IMG/VR virus record: IMGVR_UViG_3300028591_000119
Location: 1 to 64,000 of that record
Source: a virus
Lineage: Duplodnaviria > Caudoviricetes
Length of the DNA stretch: 64,000 bases
Direction: 5' to 3' (one strand)
Both the position numbers and the translations under genes were made by a program. The stretch's first letter is position 1; each line of letters begins with the position of its first letter. Below, in pieces: positions 47,535 to 58,259 of this stretch. The notes below the pieces were generated by a model. The model was given only the letters and a program-made list of their open reading frames with translations. It was not told the DNA's origin and ran no database searches.

Positions 47535-50500
47535 TTATATACCTGATGCATTTCGATACGCACCGTCTATCAAATCGGACGAAACATCATCGATTTGTTC
47601 TTTATATTTACCTTTATTATTAATTTTATTTATTAACAAAGGATCACTCATCATTGTACTTAAAACTTTCATAAGATTTTCAAAGAAATCTTCTGACACT
47701 TTATTATGTCTTGTTTGTTCTTGATATATCTTACTTTGAAGTTCAAGAGCTTTATTGAGTATTATTAAGGTATCTCTATCATTTGTAACCATTGGACTTT
47801 CTGATAATCTGACTGGATGTCTAGCTGTCGTTCCTTTTACAGATTCTTCATATTCATAATGCTTGATCTTATTGAATAACGCAGTTTGTTGTTTCTTATT
47901 TAAAACCATTTCACCCGGATTTAAACGTGTCAATGTTTTATCGCCGAAATCCTTTAAATGGTTGATAGGTTTAACATATCCAATCTTTTCATCAGTTCCA
48001 AGCCGTTGAACTATACCACCATTAGCAAATCTTTGTTGAGCATCTTTATCCTCAAAATGAGGTAGATCTTGATGATTAGTCCAATTTCCTCCCCATTCAA
48101 TTCCTTTTCTTTTAGCGATTTCTCCAAGAGAAGCAACCGACGATTTATCTAATTTATTCAAATTGAAATCTACGGCATTTCCTTCAAGATGATTAGAATT
48201 TAAAGTCCATGTATTCTTAGAATTATCACCACCCCAGAATTTAAGACCGCCGAATCCTGCTAATTTTAGGATATCATCCGCCATTTTATCAGAAGCACGT
48301 CCTTTAGAGAAATATGCGAATTGTGTGAATGGGTTGCGTTTTGTTTCATTTATCGGTAAATCTTTTGGCCATTCATCTTCGGACATCATATCTTTGAGTT
48401 TACGTCTAAATGAATTGTTTAAAATAGAAATATCTTTACTTTGTCTTCCAACAATCTTATCATTTATTTTACTGAAAACAACCTTGATCGCTTTCATATC
48501 GTTAGAATCGAACATTGATTGAGCTTCAGCTTCAAGTGTTTTATATGTTTTAGGATCAGTAAAATATCGCACAGCTTCTGATGGATTTTTTATCTCAGCA
48601 AACGTAGGATATTTTTCTTCAAAACTACCATCTTTAGATTTTTTATCATATTTTGTTTGTTTCTTAACAGAAGTTTTTTCAGATTTCTCATCACGTTCAT
48701 CCATATTGAAATCTGTTTTAAAATCTTCATACTGATCATCTGTTAAACCTAATTTTTTAGCATAACGTTTATCTTCCGATGATTTAGTGTGGAAGAAATC
48801 ATACATCTTATCAGAGAATGATTTGTTAGAATGCTCTACTAATTTACCAGCATCAACACCATATTTATTAGCTCTATCTTTAATCTTATCTTGATTCTTC
48901 TTCCATTCATCCATCTCATCATCTGATGCAACTTCTCTATAAATCATTTGTATAAGTTCATCATCTGGTAAGAATGCTGACATTGTAGCAAGCGAAGCCG
49001 AAACAATCATTCCTGCTCCACCTGGAATAAATGAAGGAAGTCCAATAATAATAGATTTTATAGCTTCATATAAACCTGATACTGATTTCATTTTTCCTGA
49101 TACAGTATTCTTAGAAACTTTAAATATTCGTCCAGCGTTATTGTATCCTGAAATAAATGATACAATTGCATCTGTTACTAATATTCCTGCTTGAATTATT
49201 GTTCCGATTCCAGGGAATGCACCTGCTGCATTTTTCAATCCAGCTTTTGTGGTAGTTTTAGCAGCATTTTCCGCAGCACCCTTAGCTATCTTATCAGATA
49301 ATTTAGGAGCAATTTTTTGTAATGCTTTAGCTGCTCCTGGCCATCTTTTCTTTAAATTTTTAGCCAATCCGAAGAATGCTTTAGAGAACATTTCTTTCAG
49401 TTGCATAGCGAAATCTTTTCCGCCTTCTTTGACAGCAGTCTTAGCAATGTTCGCTACAGTTTTTGCTCCACCTTTAGTTGCAGCAGCTGTAACACCAGCA
49501 TCTATTGTAGATTTTACAAATCTAGTCTTTAATGCATGGTTAACATTGTCTGTTGTTCTATCTAAGAATTTCTGAACTTTGCCTTTCTTTTTACCACTAG
49601 CAGTATAATCGGTATGTGTTTCTTTAGTAAATAGGCCAGTAACACCGTCTTCTTTAACCCTACTAATCTTATTTTTTATACCATTTATTCCACCAGTTAT
49701 AACACCAACTGATCCTATTACTGCTCCAATAGTAGTTAATATTTTACCTGCTTTCTTAGCAAAATCTCCAAAACCAGATTTATCACTACTTCCACCTTTA
49801 TCTTTTTTAGCAGCATCAGTAGCGTTTTGTTTAAGATTAGCAAGATTTATGGCTAAAATACCTGACAATAATGCCGCAGTATGATCACCTGTTCTCTTAG
49901 CAACATCTTTCATTTGCTGTTTTATTTCAGTGAAATCGGTTTTCTTAGCAACTTTTTCAGCTTTTTCAGTTTTAGCTTTAGTTAATTTATCGAATAACGT
50001 AGAAAAACCTATAAGGATTTTATTTTTAGCAGGACGTTTTAATTTGTCTCTACCTTCTTTAGTTTTTATATCTTCAACAATAGATTCACCATTTTTAACA
50101 ACATTATCTACTGCTCTTTTAGTTTTTGTCTTAATTTTATTTTTAGTAGAAACTACTTTATCTTTAGCAGTATGTTTTAATTTGTCTCTACCTTCTTTAG
50201 TTTTTATATCTTCAACGATAGATTCGCCATTTTTAACAACATTATCTACTGCTCTTTTAGTTCCAGACAATAATGCTGCAGTATGATCACCTTTCTTAGC
50301 GACTCTTTCAGTTTTTGTATTAATTTTATTTTTAGTAGAAACTACTTTATCTTTAGCTTTCTTAGTTTTTCTAGTTTTTACTTCATACATGTTATCAATT
50401 TCGTCAGTCGATGGTCCGTCTTCTATACCAAAGAATCTATTCCATCTTTGTTTACGTAATAATCTAGCTTCTTCTTTCAATTTATTTTTTGAAAGACCTG

Positions 50501-53500
50501 CTTCACTTTCTGCACCAGAATAATCTGGTGTGCTAAAACCAAAGAATTGACCTATTTTACCAAATCCACCTTTCATCTTGTTGAATCCACGTTGTAAGAA
50601 ATTCTGATTCTCAGGTTTTTCTCGTGATGCTTTAGTATCTGCTTTTACATCTTTACATAATCGTTTAAACTCTTTAGAACGTCTTATAGCATTAGCTTGA
50701 GCTGCCTTACCATTATTTTCCCATCTACTAAGAATAGCTTCCATAGCCATATGTATTGATTCTGGATTAGATAAATCTAATTCTGGGTCTTTCTTAGTTC
50801 TATTACTATTAATAAGCATAACTAATGTAGGATATCTAGATCTATTACGAGCAGATTTACTTGATGTATTTTTCTTCATCTCATCAAGATTTAATTCACT
50901 GACAGCTATACCTTTCTTAAGAACAGCTTTCTGAAGATTAATATATGCTTTAGATTGACGAATGACATCATATGTTTTTCTATTCTTCTTTTTACTTCCC
51001 CAAGCATCGAGCATAGAATAAATCATTGCTGGGTCTTTCTCATATTCTATTTCTTCATGACCATTAGCTTTAAGGAAATCTATAAAGAATCTATATTTGA
51101 AATGTCTAAGGCGATTTACGCCTTTCTTAACATTATTAATTTTATCTTCAATCTCTTGAACAATCCATCCTTTACCAGAACGCATTGTTTCACTGAGACG
51201 TTTATATTCTTTAGTGTTCATGATAGCGTCTTTAACTCGTCTTTGTTCTTTAGTTTTAGTACTTAACGAGTTAATTGTAGCATAAAGCATGTATTTATCC
51301 ATACCATACACATTAGTTTTTAATTCCCCAGGACCCTTATTTCCATTCAATGTTTGGTCAAGTAATCCTACAAGATTTCTATACATAAATGTACGATGGA
51401 TCATTAATTGTGCTCCATGAACAGTTTTTGTAAATTTTTGAGCTATATCTTTTCCTAAATCTTGAATTTTCTCTTTTATACTTGGTTTATAAGCTCTAGC
51501 TTCGAGCTCTTTAAATTCAGGATGTGATCTTAACTGATTTCCAAGTCTACCTTTAGTTGCCATAACAAGAGCATAAAGATCTCGCGGTTTCATAGTAGGA
51601 GCATCTATATGACCTTGTTGTAACAATGCTCCTCGTATAGTAGTGAATTGTCTACCAATTTTACTTCCTATAGTTCTGCCTAATAAAGCTCCACCGCCAG
51701 CTCCTGCTGCTGCTCCTAATGGACCGCCAAATATCAATCCACCAAGACCACCTATTCCTGCGCCAAGTTTAGTACCAAGACTTCTACCATTTCCACCAAC
51801 ATCTATAGTCTTAAGACCATTGGATTTAGCTTTGTTTACTTCACCCTTTATAACACCAAAACCATTTTTAAGTAAAGTACCTATTGCTCCGCCTGTTCCT
51901 TTTAAACGACTAAATCCTTCCTTCCAATCACCTGATCCAAATGCTTCGGCAGCTGATTTTCCTTGGTGATATACTTCTGCTCCATCCATAAGAGCTTTAG
52001 CGCCTAATTTCATATAAGTTTTCTTAAGTTCTTTCTTAGTACTATTCCATTTCTTTTTAAGTTTAGGATGGGAATTTAATTCTTTTTTGAATACAGCTTC
52101 TACTTTTTCAATTGGTGTTTCTGTAGAGCCATCATCTTTTATACCTGTAAGTTTTAGCATCCTGTCTAAAATAGATGCTTCTTCGTCATCAATATTTTCA
52201 GATATATCAGATTTTATCTTAGGAGTATCGTTAACTGCATCAGACGTTAAAGAACTATTTTTTCTATTCTTAACTTTACTCTTGAGTTCTTTAACTTTAT
52301 CTATATCAGCTTTTACTCCTGATACTACTAAATTTCCAGCAGCTCCTACACCAAAAGCGATTGCTAATACAGGTGTTCCAACAATTATACGTATACCTGT
52401 ATTTATAGCTTTTGCTGCAGTTTTAGCTCCTCGTAAACCTTTATCTATAACGGCTTTAAATTTAATGTATCTAGGAAGACCTTTATCTATTATGATTGAA
52501 GAATCATAATTATCAATTGTCTTTTTGAATTTAGGATCATTTTTATGCTGATTTACAGTTTCTTCTACAATCGTAGCTGATTCGAGATAAGCATCTTCTA
52601 ACGATAATTCTGGCTGTTCTTGTCGTATTAATTCGGCACCTGCTATAGTTATCATTATAGCTTGTTCATCTACACTAGTTTTATCTACTTTATTTTTGGT
52701 AGAAACCACTTTATCTTTAGCAGCTTGTTTTAATGATGTTCTACCCTCTTTAGTTTTCATAGCTTCAGCAACGAGTTCGGCACCTGCTACCGCATCAGAA
52801 TTAATTGTTTCTGCTATATTTTTCATTCGTGTTCCAATATTAATTTTTTCATTCTTATCGATATCTCGTACACGAATTATATATTTATTAGATATGTCGG
52901 ATGCTAAAGAACCCAATTGGTTTAAGATTTTATTTATTTTTGAATCTTCAGACTTAGCCTTACTTCCGTCTACATCAGATTTCAATATTTTTATTTTGTT
53001 TTCACTAGATTTAATAAGACTATCAATTAAACTCAATTGTTTATTATAAAAAGCAATTTTAGTTTTATCAGATTTCTTTTCAGAACCAGTTAATTCTTTT
53101 ATATTATCTTCTAGTGTAGCTTTTCTTTCTCTAAACGATTTTAAAGCATTTTCAGTATTCTGTAAATCAATAGCGGAATATGATTGTGTACCAAAAAGGC
53201 TACTTCCATCAGATTCACCTAGTCCAAATAATTTACTATATAATGTCGAAGTTGTATCTATAGCAGCATTTGCTCCTCTATTGATAATATTATCATTAGC
53301 AAATTTAGATGAACCTGATAGTGGATTTACGTAAGACAGCCAGTTATATTGCATAAGTCGTTGTTCACGATTGAATTTAACTCGTTCAGCATATAACTTA
53401 GCTCTTTCTGACATCTGTTTGCTCATAAAGTCTTTTTCATATCTTTCACTCTTTAGTCTAGCGCCAGATGCTTCTTTATCCATCACTTTGATAGCACTTC

Positions 53501-55904
53501 TAAGTTTTAACAGCGATTGAGGTAATTCTTTACCTTGATCATAAACTGGAATACCTGTAAGCAATAATCTGAATATTTTGTTTAATCCGTCAGGTACATT
53601 AGTTATACCGCCACCAACACCAATTCCACTAAGAGAACCAAATCCGGAAACACTAACAGAAGGACCATTTTTATTAGATAAAGCTTGAGAGGTTTGTTCA
53701 GCTTTATAAATTTCCATCTGTCTAGCAAGGATGTTTCCTTGTTTTTGAAGTCTCAATCTATTACTTCTAGGATTATTCTTCTCGTCTGTTGTAAGCAAGT
53801 AATCTCTATCTGTTGTAAGAGAACGTTTTAATTCAGCGACGTGTGATTCCAAACCAGATTCATATAAAGCATTTTCTCCACCATTCTTCAAATATTCGTC
53901 ATTGATACGATTTAAATTAGTTTGAAGATTCATGGAAACATTTCTCATAGCACCATTATAACGAGATCTTTCTTTATCGTTCATGTTACTGTACGCGTAT
54001 AAGAATGCTCTTACTGCTAAATCTTTGTATTCTTCATCTATACCTGCTGTTAAATCCTGTTGATATCGCTTATCGTATTGAGCCATCTGAGGATCAAACA
54101 TAATATTATTTTTAATTATATTCTTTTGTATAATATCCACAAATTTAGATGAATCAAAAGATAACTGACCATTTTCATCTTGTTTAGAATATCCTTTTGC
54201 TATTAATGCTCGTTTTTCTTCATTACTGATTTTAAAATCACTATTAATTTTATCAACCATGGCACCTTTGAATGTTGACGTATCAGCATTTTCATATGCC
54301 ATATTACGTTTCATTTCCATTTCTTTCATAGTAGATTTAACTGTTTTAAATCCACCAGATTTATAATCGTAATGAAGTTCGTCTTTTCCAGATATAGCAG
54401 CCAGTTGTTTGGCTAACAACGTAGGAATTACAACGTTAAGAGTTCTATCAGATTTAGAAGTCCAACCTACTACCGCATCAGGATCTTTTAACCCTGTATT
54501 GGCTAACACCGAAACCGTATTTGTTCTTGCCCCGAATAACTTACCTACCATTCTAGAACCAGAGGTAGCTCCATATCTAGACAACATATTCATTCGTCCA
54601 GTTAAGAGACCGCCAAAATTACTCAATAATTCATTGAAATCGAGCATTTTATTTCTAGTATTTTTTGATAAGAAAACTGATGCTAATCCTTTAGTCAACG
54701 TATTCATCGGATCAAACAATTTCATTCCAGTTTCATTACCCATACTCATCATATCAGTCATCATAGGTGTCATCATGAGAGTAGATAACAGAGGATTTCC
54801 TGCTGCTATATCACCGAAATTTTTCTTTATATTTTCCCAATAAGCTTTTCCATCTAAACCTATCGGATTATTTGCTATTTTAGAACCCAATGATTGTTTA
54901 GCTTCTTCACGTTTATATGTAGAAACAACCATCATTGTATCTTTTAATTCTTTCAAACTAGTCAAAGTATCTTGTTGAGCTGCTAATAGTTTTCCTTGAA
55001 ATTCCATCTGTGCAGTTACATTAGTTGAAAGAATATTATTATTGAATTCGACTATACTATTTACACCTTTAAGAAGTTGATTTTGATAACCAAATAATTT
55101 ACCAAAATTCTTTTCTTGAGCAGTATAATTTCTAGCCCAAATTTCTTCTTGTTTCTTAAGGATACTTGAACCCACATTAGATGTAGTTGACGAAATTAAT
55201 TCGTCTCCTAATCTCATTTGAGACATTGCTCCTGAAGAACCACTTGAAGAAGTTTTTCTTCTAGGTGCATGTACATTAGTAGTTTTATTTTTAAGTTGTC
55301 TCTGTCTAGCAGAGACATTAACTGTTTTAGTTCTACCTTTCTTTACTCCACCAAAAGGTTCAACTGATAATGTATCTGGTTCAGTTACTGACATATATGT
55401 ATCAGAATTTCCACCAGAATCCATGCCTCCAAAATCAAAATCGCCGAAATCCAAATCGTCTAAGCCTAACGACTCAACCATTTGTTCATCAGCAGACATG
55501 TAAAATTTACCAGTCTTTAATCTTTCTTTTATATCTTTTAATTCTTTAGAACCTTTCGATTTTAAATCATTTAATGTGTCTTTAAATGAAGCTCCATTAG
55601 AGTGAGATTTTGCAAAACTCAATAATCCACCTAATTCTTTCTTAGCATCTTCTTTAGCTGCAGCTACTGTATCTTTGAAAGAATTTGAAACTTCTTTAGC
55701 GTTCGGAATATATTGATCCGTAACATCAAATGCCAAATTTTTGGTAGACTTAAGAACGTTCTTAGTAAAAGAAGTAAGTTTAGCTCGTACTTCTTTCGAG
55801 TCCGAAGCTTTTCCACCAATCTGTGCTCCATCAGATATGACATTGTCATTTAATGGATAAAATTGGTCACTCGAACTATTGCTTGATTTTAGTCTAATAG
55901 GCAT
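47535..55904 (-). CDS. tape-measure-like tail protein with C-terminal M15 (VanY / L-Ala-D-Glu-type) peptidoglycan peptidase
   Basis: About 2790 aa, Lys/Ala/Gly-rich and helical, with a glycine-zipper segment; SNHLEGNAVD and EWGGNW....DLPHFE (M15); FANGGIV...LNPGEMVL tape-measure C-terminal motif. Start may be GTG 55913. Confidence 0.78.
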   Translation of the reverse strand: MPIRLKSSNSSSDQFYPLNDNVISDGAQIGGKASDSKEVRAKLTSFTKNVLKSTKNLAFDVTDQYIPNAKEVSNSFKDTVAAAKEDAKKELGGLLSFAKSHSNGASFKDTLNDLKSKGSKELKDIKERLKTGKFYMSADEQMVESLGLDDLDFGDFDFGGMDSGGNSDTYMSVTEPDTLSVEPFGGVKKGRTKTVNVSARQRQLKNKTTNVHAPRRKTSSSGSSGAMSQMRLGDELISSTTSNVGSSILKKQEEIWARNYTAQEKNFGKLFGYQNQLLKGVNSIVEFNNNILSTNVTAQMEFQGKLLAAQQDTLTSLKELKDTMMVVSTYKREEAKQSLGSKIANNPIGLDGKAYWENIKKNFGDIAAGNPLLSTLMMTPMMTDMMSMGNETGMKLFDPMNTLTKGLASVFLSKNTRNKMLDFNELLSNFGGLLTGRMNMLSRYGATSGSRMVGKLFGARTNTVSVLANTGLKDPDAVVGWTSKSDRTLNVVIPTLLAKQLAAISGKDELHYDYKSGGFKTVKSTMKEMEMKRNMAYENADTSTFKGAMVDKINSDFKISNEEKRALIAKGYSKQDENGQLSFDSSKFVDIIQKNIIKNNIMFDPQMAQYDKRYQQDLTAGIDEEYKDLAVRAFLYAYSNMNDKERSRYNGAMRNVSMNLQTNLNRINDEYLKNGGENALYESGLESHVAELKRSLTTDRDYLLTTDEKNNPRSNRLRLQKQGNILARQMEIYKAEQTSQALSNKNGPSVSVSGFGSLSGIGVGGGITNVPDGLNKIFRLLLTGIPVYDQGKELPQSLLKLRSAIKVMDKEASGARLKSERYEKDFMSKQMSERAKLYAERVKFNREQRLMQYNWLSYVNPLSGSSKFANDNIINRGANAAIDTTSTLYSKLFGLGESDGSSLFGTQSYSAIDLQNTENALKSFRERKATLEDNIKELTGSEKKSDKTKIAFYNKQLSLIDSLIKSSENKIKILKSDVDGSKAKSEDSKINKILNQLGSLASDISNKYIIRVRDIDKNEKINIGTRMKNIAETINSDAVAGAELVAEAMKTKEGRTSLKQAAKDKVVSTKNKVDKTSVDEQAIMITIAGAELIRQEQPELSLEDAYLESATIVEETVNQHKNDPKFKKTIDNYDSSIIIDKGLPRYIKFKAVIDKGLRGAKTAAKAINTGIRIIVGTPVLAIAFGVGAAGNLVVSGVKADIDKVKELKSKVKNRKNSSLTSDAVNDTPKIKSDISENIDDEEASILDRMLKLTGIKDDGSTETPIEKVEAVFKKELNSHPKLKKKWNSTKKELKKTYMKLGAKALMDGAEVYHQGKSAAEAFGSGDWKEGFSRLKGTGGAIGTLLKNGFGVIKGEVNKAKSNGLKTIDVGGNGRSLGTKLGAGIGGLGGLIFGGPLGAAAGAGGGALLGRTIGSKIGRQFTTIRGALLQQGHIDAPTMKPRDLYALVMATKGRLGNQLRSHPEFKELEARAYKPSIKEKIQDLGKDIAQKFTKTVHGAQLMIHRTFMYRNLVGLLDQTLNGNKGPGELKTNVYGMDKYMLYATINSLSTKTKEQRRVKDAIMNTKEYKRLSETMRSGKGWIVQEIEDKINNVKKGVNRLRHFKYRFFIDFLKANGHEEIEYEKDPAMIYSMLDAWGSKKKNRKTYDVIRQSKAYINLQKAVLKKGIAVSELNLDEMKKNTSSKSARNRSRYPTLVMLINSNRTKKDPELDLSNPESIHMAMEAILSRWENNGKAAQANAIRRSKEFKRLCKDVKADTKASREKPENQNFLQRGFNKMKGGFGKIGQFFGFSTPDYSGAESEAGLSKNKLKEEARLLRKQRWNRFFGIEDGPSTDEIDNMYEVKTRKTKKAKDKVVSTKNKINTKTERVAKKGDHTAALLSGTKRAVDNVVKNGESIVEDIKTKEGRDKLKHTAKDKVVSTKNKIKTKTKRAVDNVVKNGESIVEDIKTKEGRDKLKRPAKNKILIGFSTLFDKLTKAKTEKAEKVAKKTDFTEIKQQMKDVAKRTGDHTAALLSGILAINLANLKQNATDAAKKDKGGSSDKSGFGDFAKKAGKILTTIGAVIGSVGVITGGINGIKNKISRVKEDGVTGLFTKETHTDYTASGKKKGKVQKFLDRTTDNVNHALKTRFVKSTIDAGVTAAATKGGAKTVANIAKTAVKEGGKDFAMQLKEMFSKAFFGLAKNLKKRWPGAAKALQKIAPKLSDKIAKGAAENAAKTTTKAGLKNAAGAFPGIGTIIQAGILVTDAIVSFISGYNNAGRIFKVSKNTVSGKMKSVSGLYEAIKSIIIGLPSFIPGGAGMIVSASLATMSAFLPDDELIQMIYREVASDDEMDEWKKNQDKIKDRANKYGVDAGKLVEHSNKSFSDKMYDFFHTKSSEDKRYAKKLGLTDDQYEDFKTDFNMDERDEKSEKTSVKKQTKYDKKSKDGSFEEKYPTFAEIKNPSEAVRYFTDPKTYKTLEAEAQSMFDSNDMKAIKVVFSKINDKIVGRQSKDISILNNSFRRKLKDMMSEDEWPKDLPINETKRNPFTQFAYFSKGRASDKMADDILKLAGFGGLKFWGGDNSKNTWTLNSNHLEGNAVDFNLNKLDKSSVASLGEIAKRKGIEWGGNWTNHQDLPHFEDKDAQQRFANGGIVQRLGTDEKIGYVKPINHLKDFGDKTLTRLNPGEMVLNKKQQTALFNKIKHYEYEESVKGTTARHPVRLSESPMVTNDRDTLIILNKALELQSKIYQEQTRHNKVSEDFFENLMKVLSTMMSDPLLINKINNKGKYKEQIDDVSSDLIDGAYRNASGI
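50036..50262. repeat. intragenic duplication (89 bp x2, 138-bp period, 2 mismatches) in the tape measure gene
   Basis: 50036-50124 vs 50174-50262; both encode TKRAVDNVVKNGESIVEDIKTKEGRDKLK. Confidence 0.92.
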
Positions 55905-55952
55905 TTTAACCACTTCCTATATAGGGATTTTATTACTTTTTATAATTAGGCC

Positions 55953-55964
55953 TATAAGAATGTT
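55953..55964 (-). promoter_or_regulatory. late-type promoter variant AACATTCTTATA
   Basis: Upstream of the tape measure gene; a divergent partner AACATTTAAATG lies at 56006-56017 (+). Confidence 0.5.
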
Positions 55965-56042
55965 TTCGCTTTCAAAATGTATAAAACATTATATTTTCTA
56001 TTAAAAACATTTAAATGAAATTATTATTTTGAGGTTAATATT

Positions 56043-56654
56043 ATGAATATTTCAGATATTATAAACGATGATGAACCTAAAAAAGAATCATTGCACGATA
56101 GAAGATGGCGAGAAATGAAAAAAGAATCTAGCGACAGATCTTTTAGAATAGCTAGAGAAGCAGCAGTTGCTTCATTACCTAAAAAAGATAATCTTCATGG
56201 TGATTCTAAAGGTAAAGAATTGAAGTTTAAGCCACTAGTATATTATACTGCTCAGGATGCTTTACAATATTGTATGAAAGATTTTGAAGATCAAGCATCT
56301 AAGAATATTGATATAATTAAAGCTACTAGAGAAACTAAAGGTCAAAAACTTACAACTAAATCAGATTTAAAAATGGTTATTGGTAATTTCCATGAAGGTA
56401 AGCGCATGATTAAAACTGGTATATTTGTGCCAGTATATATGTATGTGTTCATTAAGGAATGGTGTGGTTCAATTTGTATATTTGAAATCGCTGAATCAGA
56501 TTACGGTACAGGTAAAATGAAACGACGTGGATATACAGTTGAAAAAGTTAGCGTAGTTTATTATCAATCTAATGGTGTAGGTATGGGAAAAGAACAAATT
56601 CTTAAACAATCTATAACTAATTTCAATCATCATCCTGATAAAGATAAAAAATAA
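56043..56654 (+). CDS. hypothetical protein
   Basis: GAGG RBS; late-type motif at 56006-56017. Confidence 0.8.
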   Translation: MNISDIINDDEPKKESLHDRRWREMKKESSDRSFRIAREAAVASLPKKDNLHGDSKGKELKFKPLVYYTAQDALQYCMKDFEDQASKNIDIIKATRETKGQKLTTKSDLKMVIGNFHEGKRMIKTGIFVPVYMYVFIKEWCGSICIFEIAESDYGTGKMKRRGYTVEKVSVVYYQSNGVGMGKEQILKQSITNFNHHPDKDKK

Positions 56655-56722
56655 ATTTATTGATATATTATTTTACTAGACCTGATTGGTCTAGTAAAAT
56701 AATTTTTAAGGAGAAAATAAAT

Positions 56723-57118
56723 ATGCCAACAACATACCCTATTGTCGACAACTCTAAAAAGGAAGAAGAAGAAACTAATAAATGTATCGCTGTTGAATTT
56801 ATGAAATTCATGATACATGCTTCTCAAGATAAATATCCTGATAGTGCAAATAATGCTGAGAAGTTAGTTATAGATATAAATCTTCCATTCAAAGACGTGA
56901 TGAATAATATATATTATTGGTTTGAAAAGAATCGTCCTTCTATCGAAATTGAACAACCTGATAAATTAATTCAACATGCTATAACTTTTGAAACCGAAGG
57001 AGCATTTTATTTCAAAGATGGATCAGAATTAATACTTCCAGAAATAATTCTTAAACAACCTACTCCTAAAGAAATTGCTAGAAGAAAAAGAGCTATGAAA
57101 AAGAATGATAAAAAATAA
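56723..57118 (+). CDS. hypothetical protein
   Basis: TAAGGAG RBS before ATG 56723; upstream hairpin TTTTACTAGACC-TGATT-GGTCTAGTAAAA. Confidence 0.78.
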   Translation: MPTTYPIVDNSKKEEEETNKCIAVEFMKFMIHASQDKYPDSANNAEKLVIDINLPFKDVMNNIYYWFEKNRPSIEIEQPDKLIQHAITFETEGAFYFKDGSELILPEIILKQPTPKEIARRKRAMKKNDKK

Positions 57119-57131
57119 ATAACAAATAAAG

Positions 57132-57162
57132 AAAAGAAACTCGGAAATTCCGAGTTTCTTTT
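57132..57162. terminator. bidirectional intrinsic terminator
   Basis: AAAAGAAACTCGGA-AAT-TCCGAGTTTCTTTT. Confidence 0.88.
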
Positions 57163-57166
57163 TATT

Positions 57167-58147
57167 TTACTGATTATTTGTTGAAGTAGTAGCGTTTTTA
57201 GCACTAGCTTTTAATGACATACCTATACCAGTAAGTAACAGGTTAATCAATGATGTTCCGCATGAAGCTAATTTAGAAAGACTTTTACCAACAAAAGTAT
57301 ATCCTTTCTTTATATTAGTAGCATCTGCATCACGTATTGTATCAGAAGTCATAAGTATTTTATCTAACTCACGAATACATTCATCTATATCAGCTTTAGC
57401 TTTATTTAAATTAACTGTAATTGGATCTGATTTAGTTTTTACACCATTTAAAAAATCAATAATAGATTGCTTATTGTTAAATTTTAAAAATTTTAAAAGT
57501 TGAATCTGTGGACTGCCATTATCATTAGTAGACATGATATCTTCTGAAAACATTCTATTAAAAGGATTCGCGGTGTTCATTTTCTCTATAGTATCATCTA
57601 TAACAGCACCCATATCGCGTTTGTTAAAATCGACGTCTGCTTTGGCTACTTTGAGAGTAGCCATGCAACCTTTTAATAAATCAAATGAACTCGAAAACAA
57701 TTTACCAAGATCTTTAAATGCTATAGGTCTTATAGAATTAAGCCAACTTAGTTTATTTACACTAATCGAGATATCGAAATCGATATCTTTTTCATCCATA
57801 TTGTTTACTTTATTCAACAACATGTTTGCTCTAGTTATCATTGCACCATTAGCAAAAAAATCAGCGATGAATTTACCAATTTTTATAAAGAATTCTTTAA
57901 TTTTTTTCCATACTGCTTTAGCAGCATTAGCTATTTTCTCTCCTACACCTTCAGTACTTTTATAACCAAAAGATTCTACAGCTTTTACATCACTCATGAT
58001 ATCACATAGTTTAATCATTTTAGATATATCTTCAGATTCTTTAGAAAGCATTATAGATTGTTTTTCTAAATTATCTAAAGCAAGATTACCAGAAGTAACA
58101 GGAGAATTTTCTACACTAATAGTTACACCATTTACTTTAATTTGCAT
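57167..58147 (-). CDS. internal head protein (phiKZ inner-body-like) with MQIKVNGVTISVEN leader
   Basis: Propeptide with SVE/SKE/AVE/STE sites followed by the amphipathic helix GVGEKIANAAKAVWKKIKEFFIKIGKFIADFF. Confidence 0.7.
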   Translation of the reverse strand: MQIKVNGVTISVENSPVTSGNLALDNLEKQSIMLSKESEDISKMIKLCDIMSDVKAVESFGYKSTEGVGEKIANAAKAVWKKIKEFFIKIGKFIADFFANGAMITRANMLLNKVNNMDEKDIDFDISISVNKLSWLNSIRPIAFKDLGKLFSSSFDLLKGCMATLKVAKADVDFNKRDMGAVIDDTIEKMNTANPFNRMFSEDIMSTNDNGSPQIQLLKFLKFNNKQSIIDFLNGVKTKSDPITVNLNKAKADIDECIRELDKILMTSDTIRDADATNIKKGYTFVGKSLSKLASCGTSLINLLLTGIGMSLKASAKNATTSTNNQ

Positions 58148-58160
58148 AATCTATTTTCCT
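58106..58160. repeat. 55-bp direct repeat (1 mismatch) covering RBS and first 14 codons, copy 1
   Basis: Matches 58845-58899. Confidence 0.93.
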
Positions 58161-58208
58161 CTTATTAAAAACATTATAATTTTTATACTATCATAAAAAC
58201 AGTTAGTT

Positions 58209-58237
58209 ATCGGGTCTAGAAAAAACTAGACCCGATA
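58209..58237 (-). terminator. terminator-like hairpin
   Basis: TATCGGGTCTAG-AAAAAA-CTAGACCCGATA. Confidence 0.7.
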
Positions 58238-58259
58238 CTTCTTTATCACGAATTAAAGA

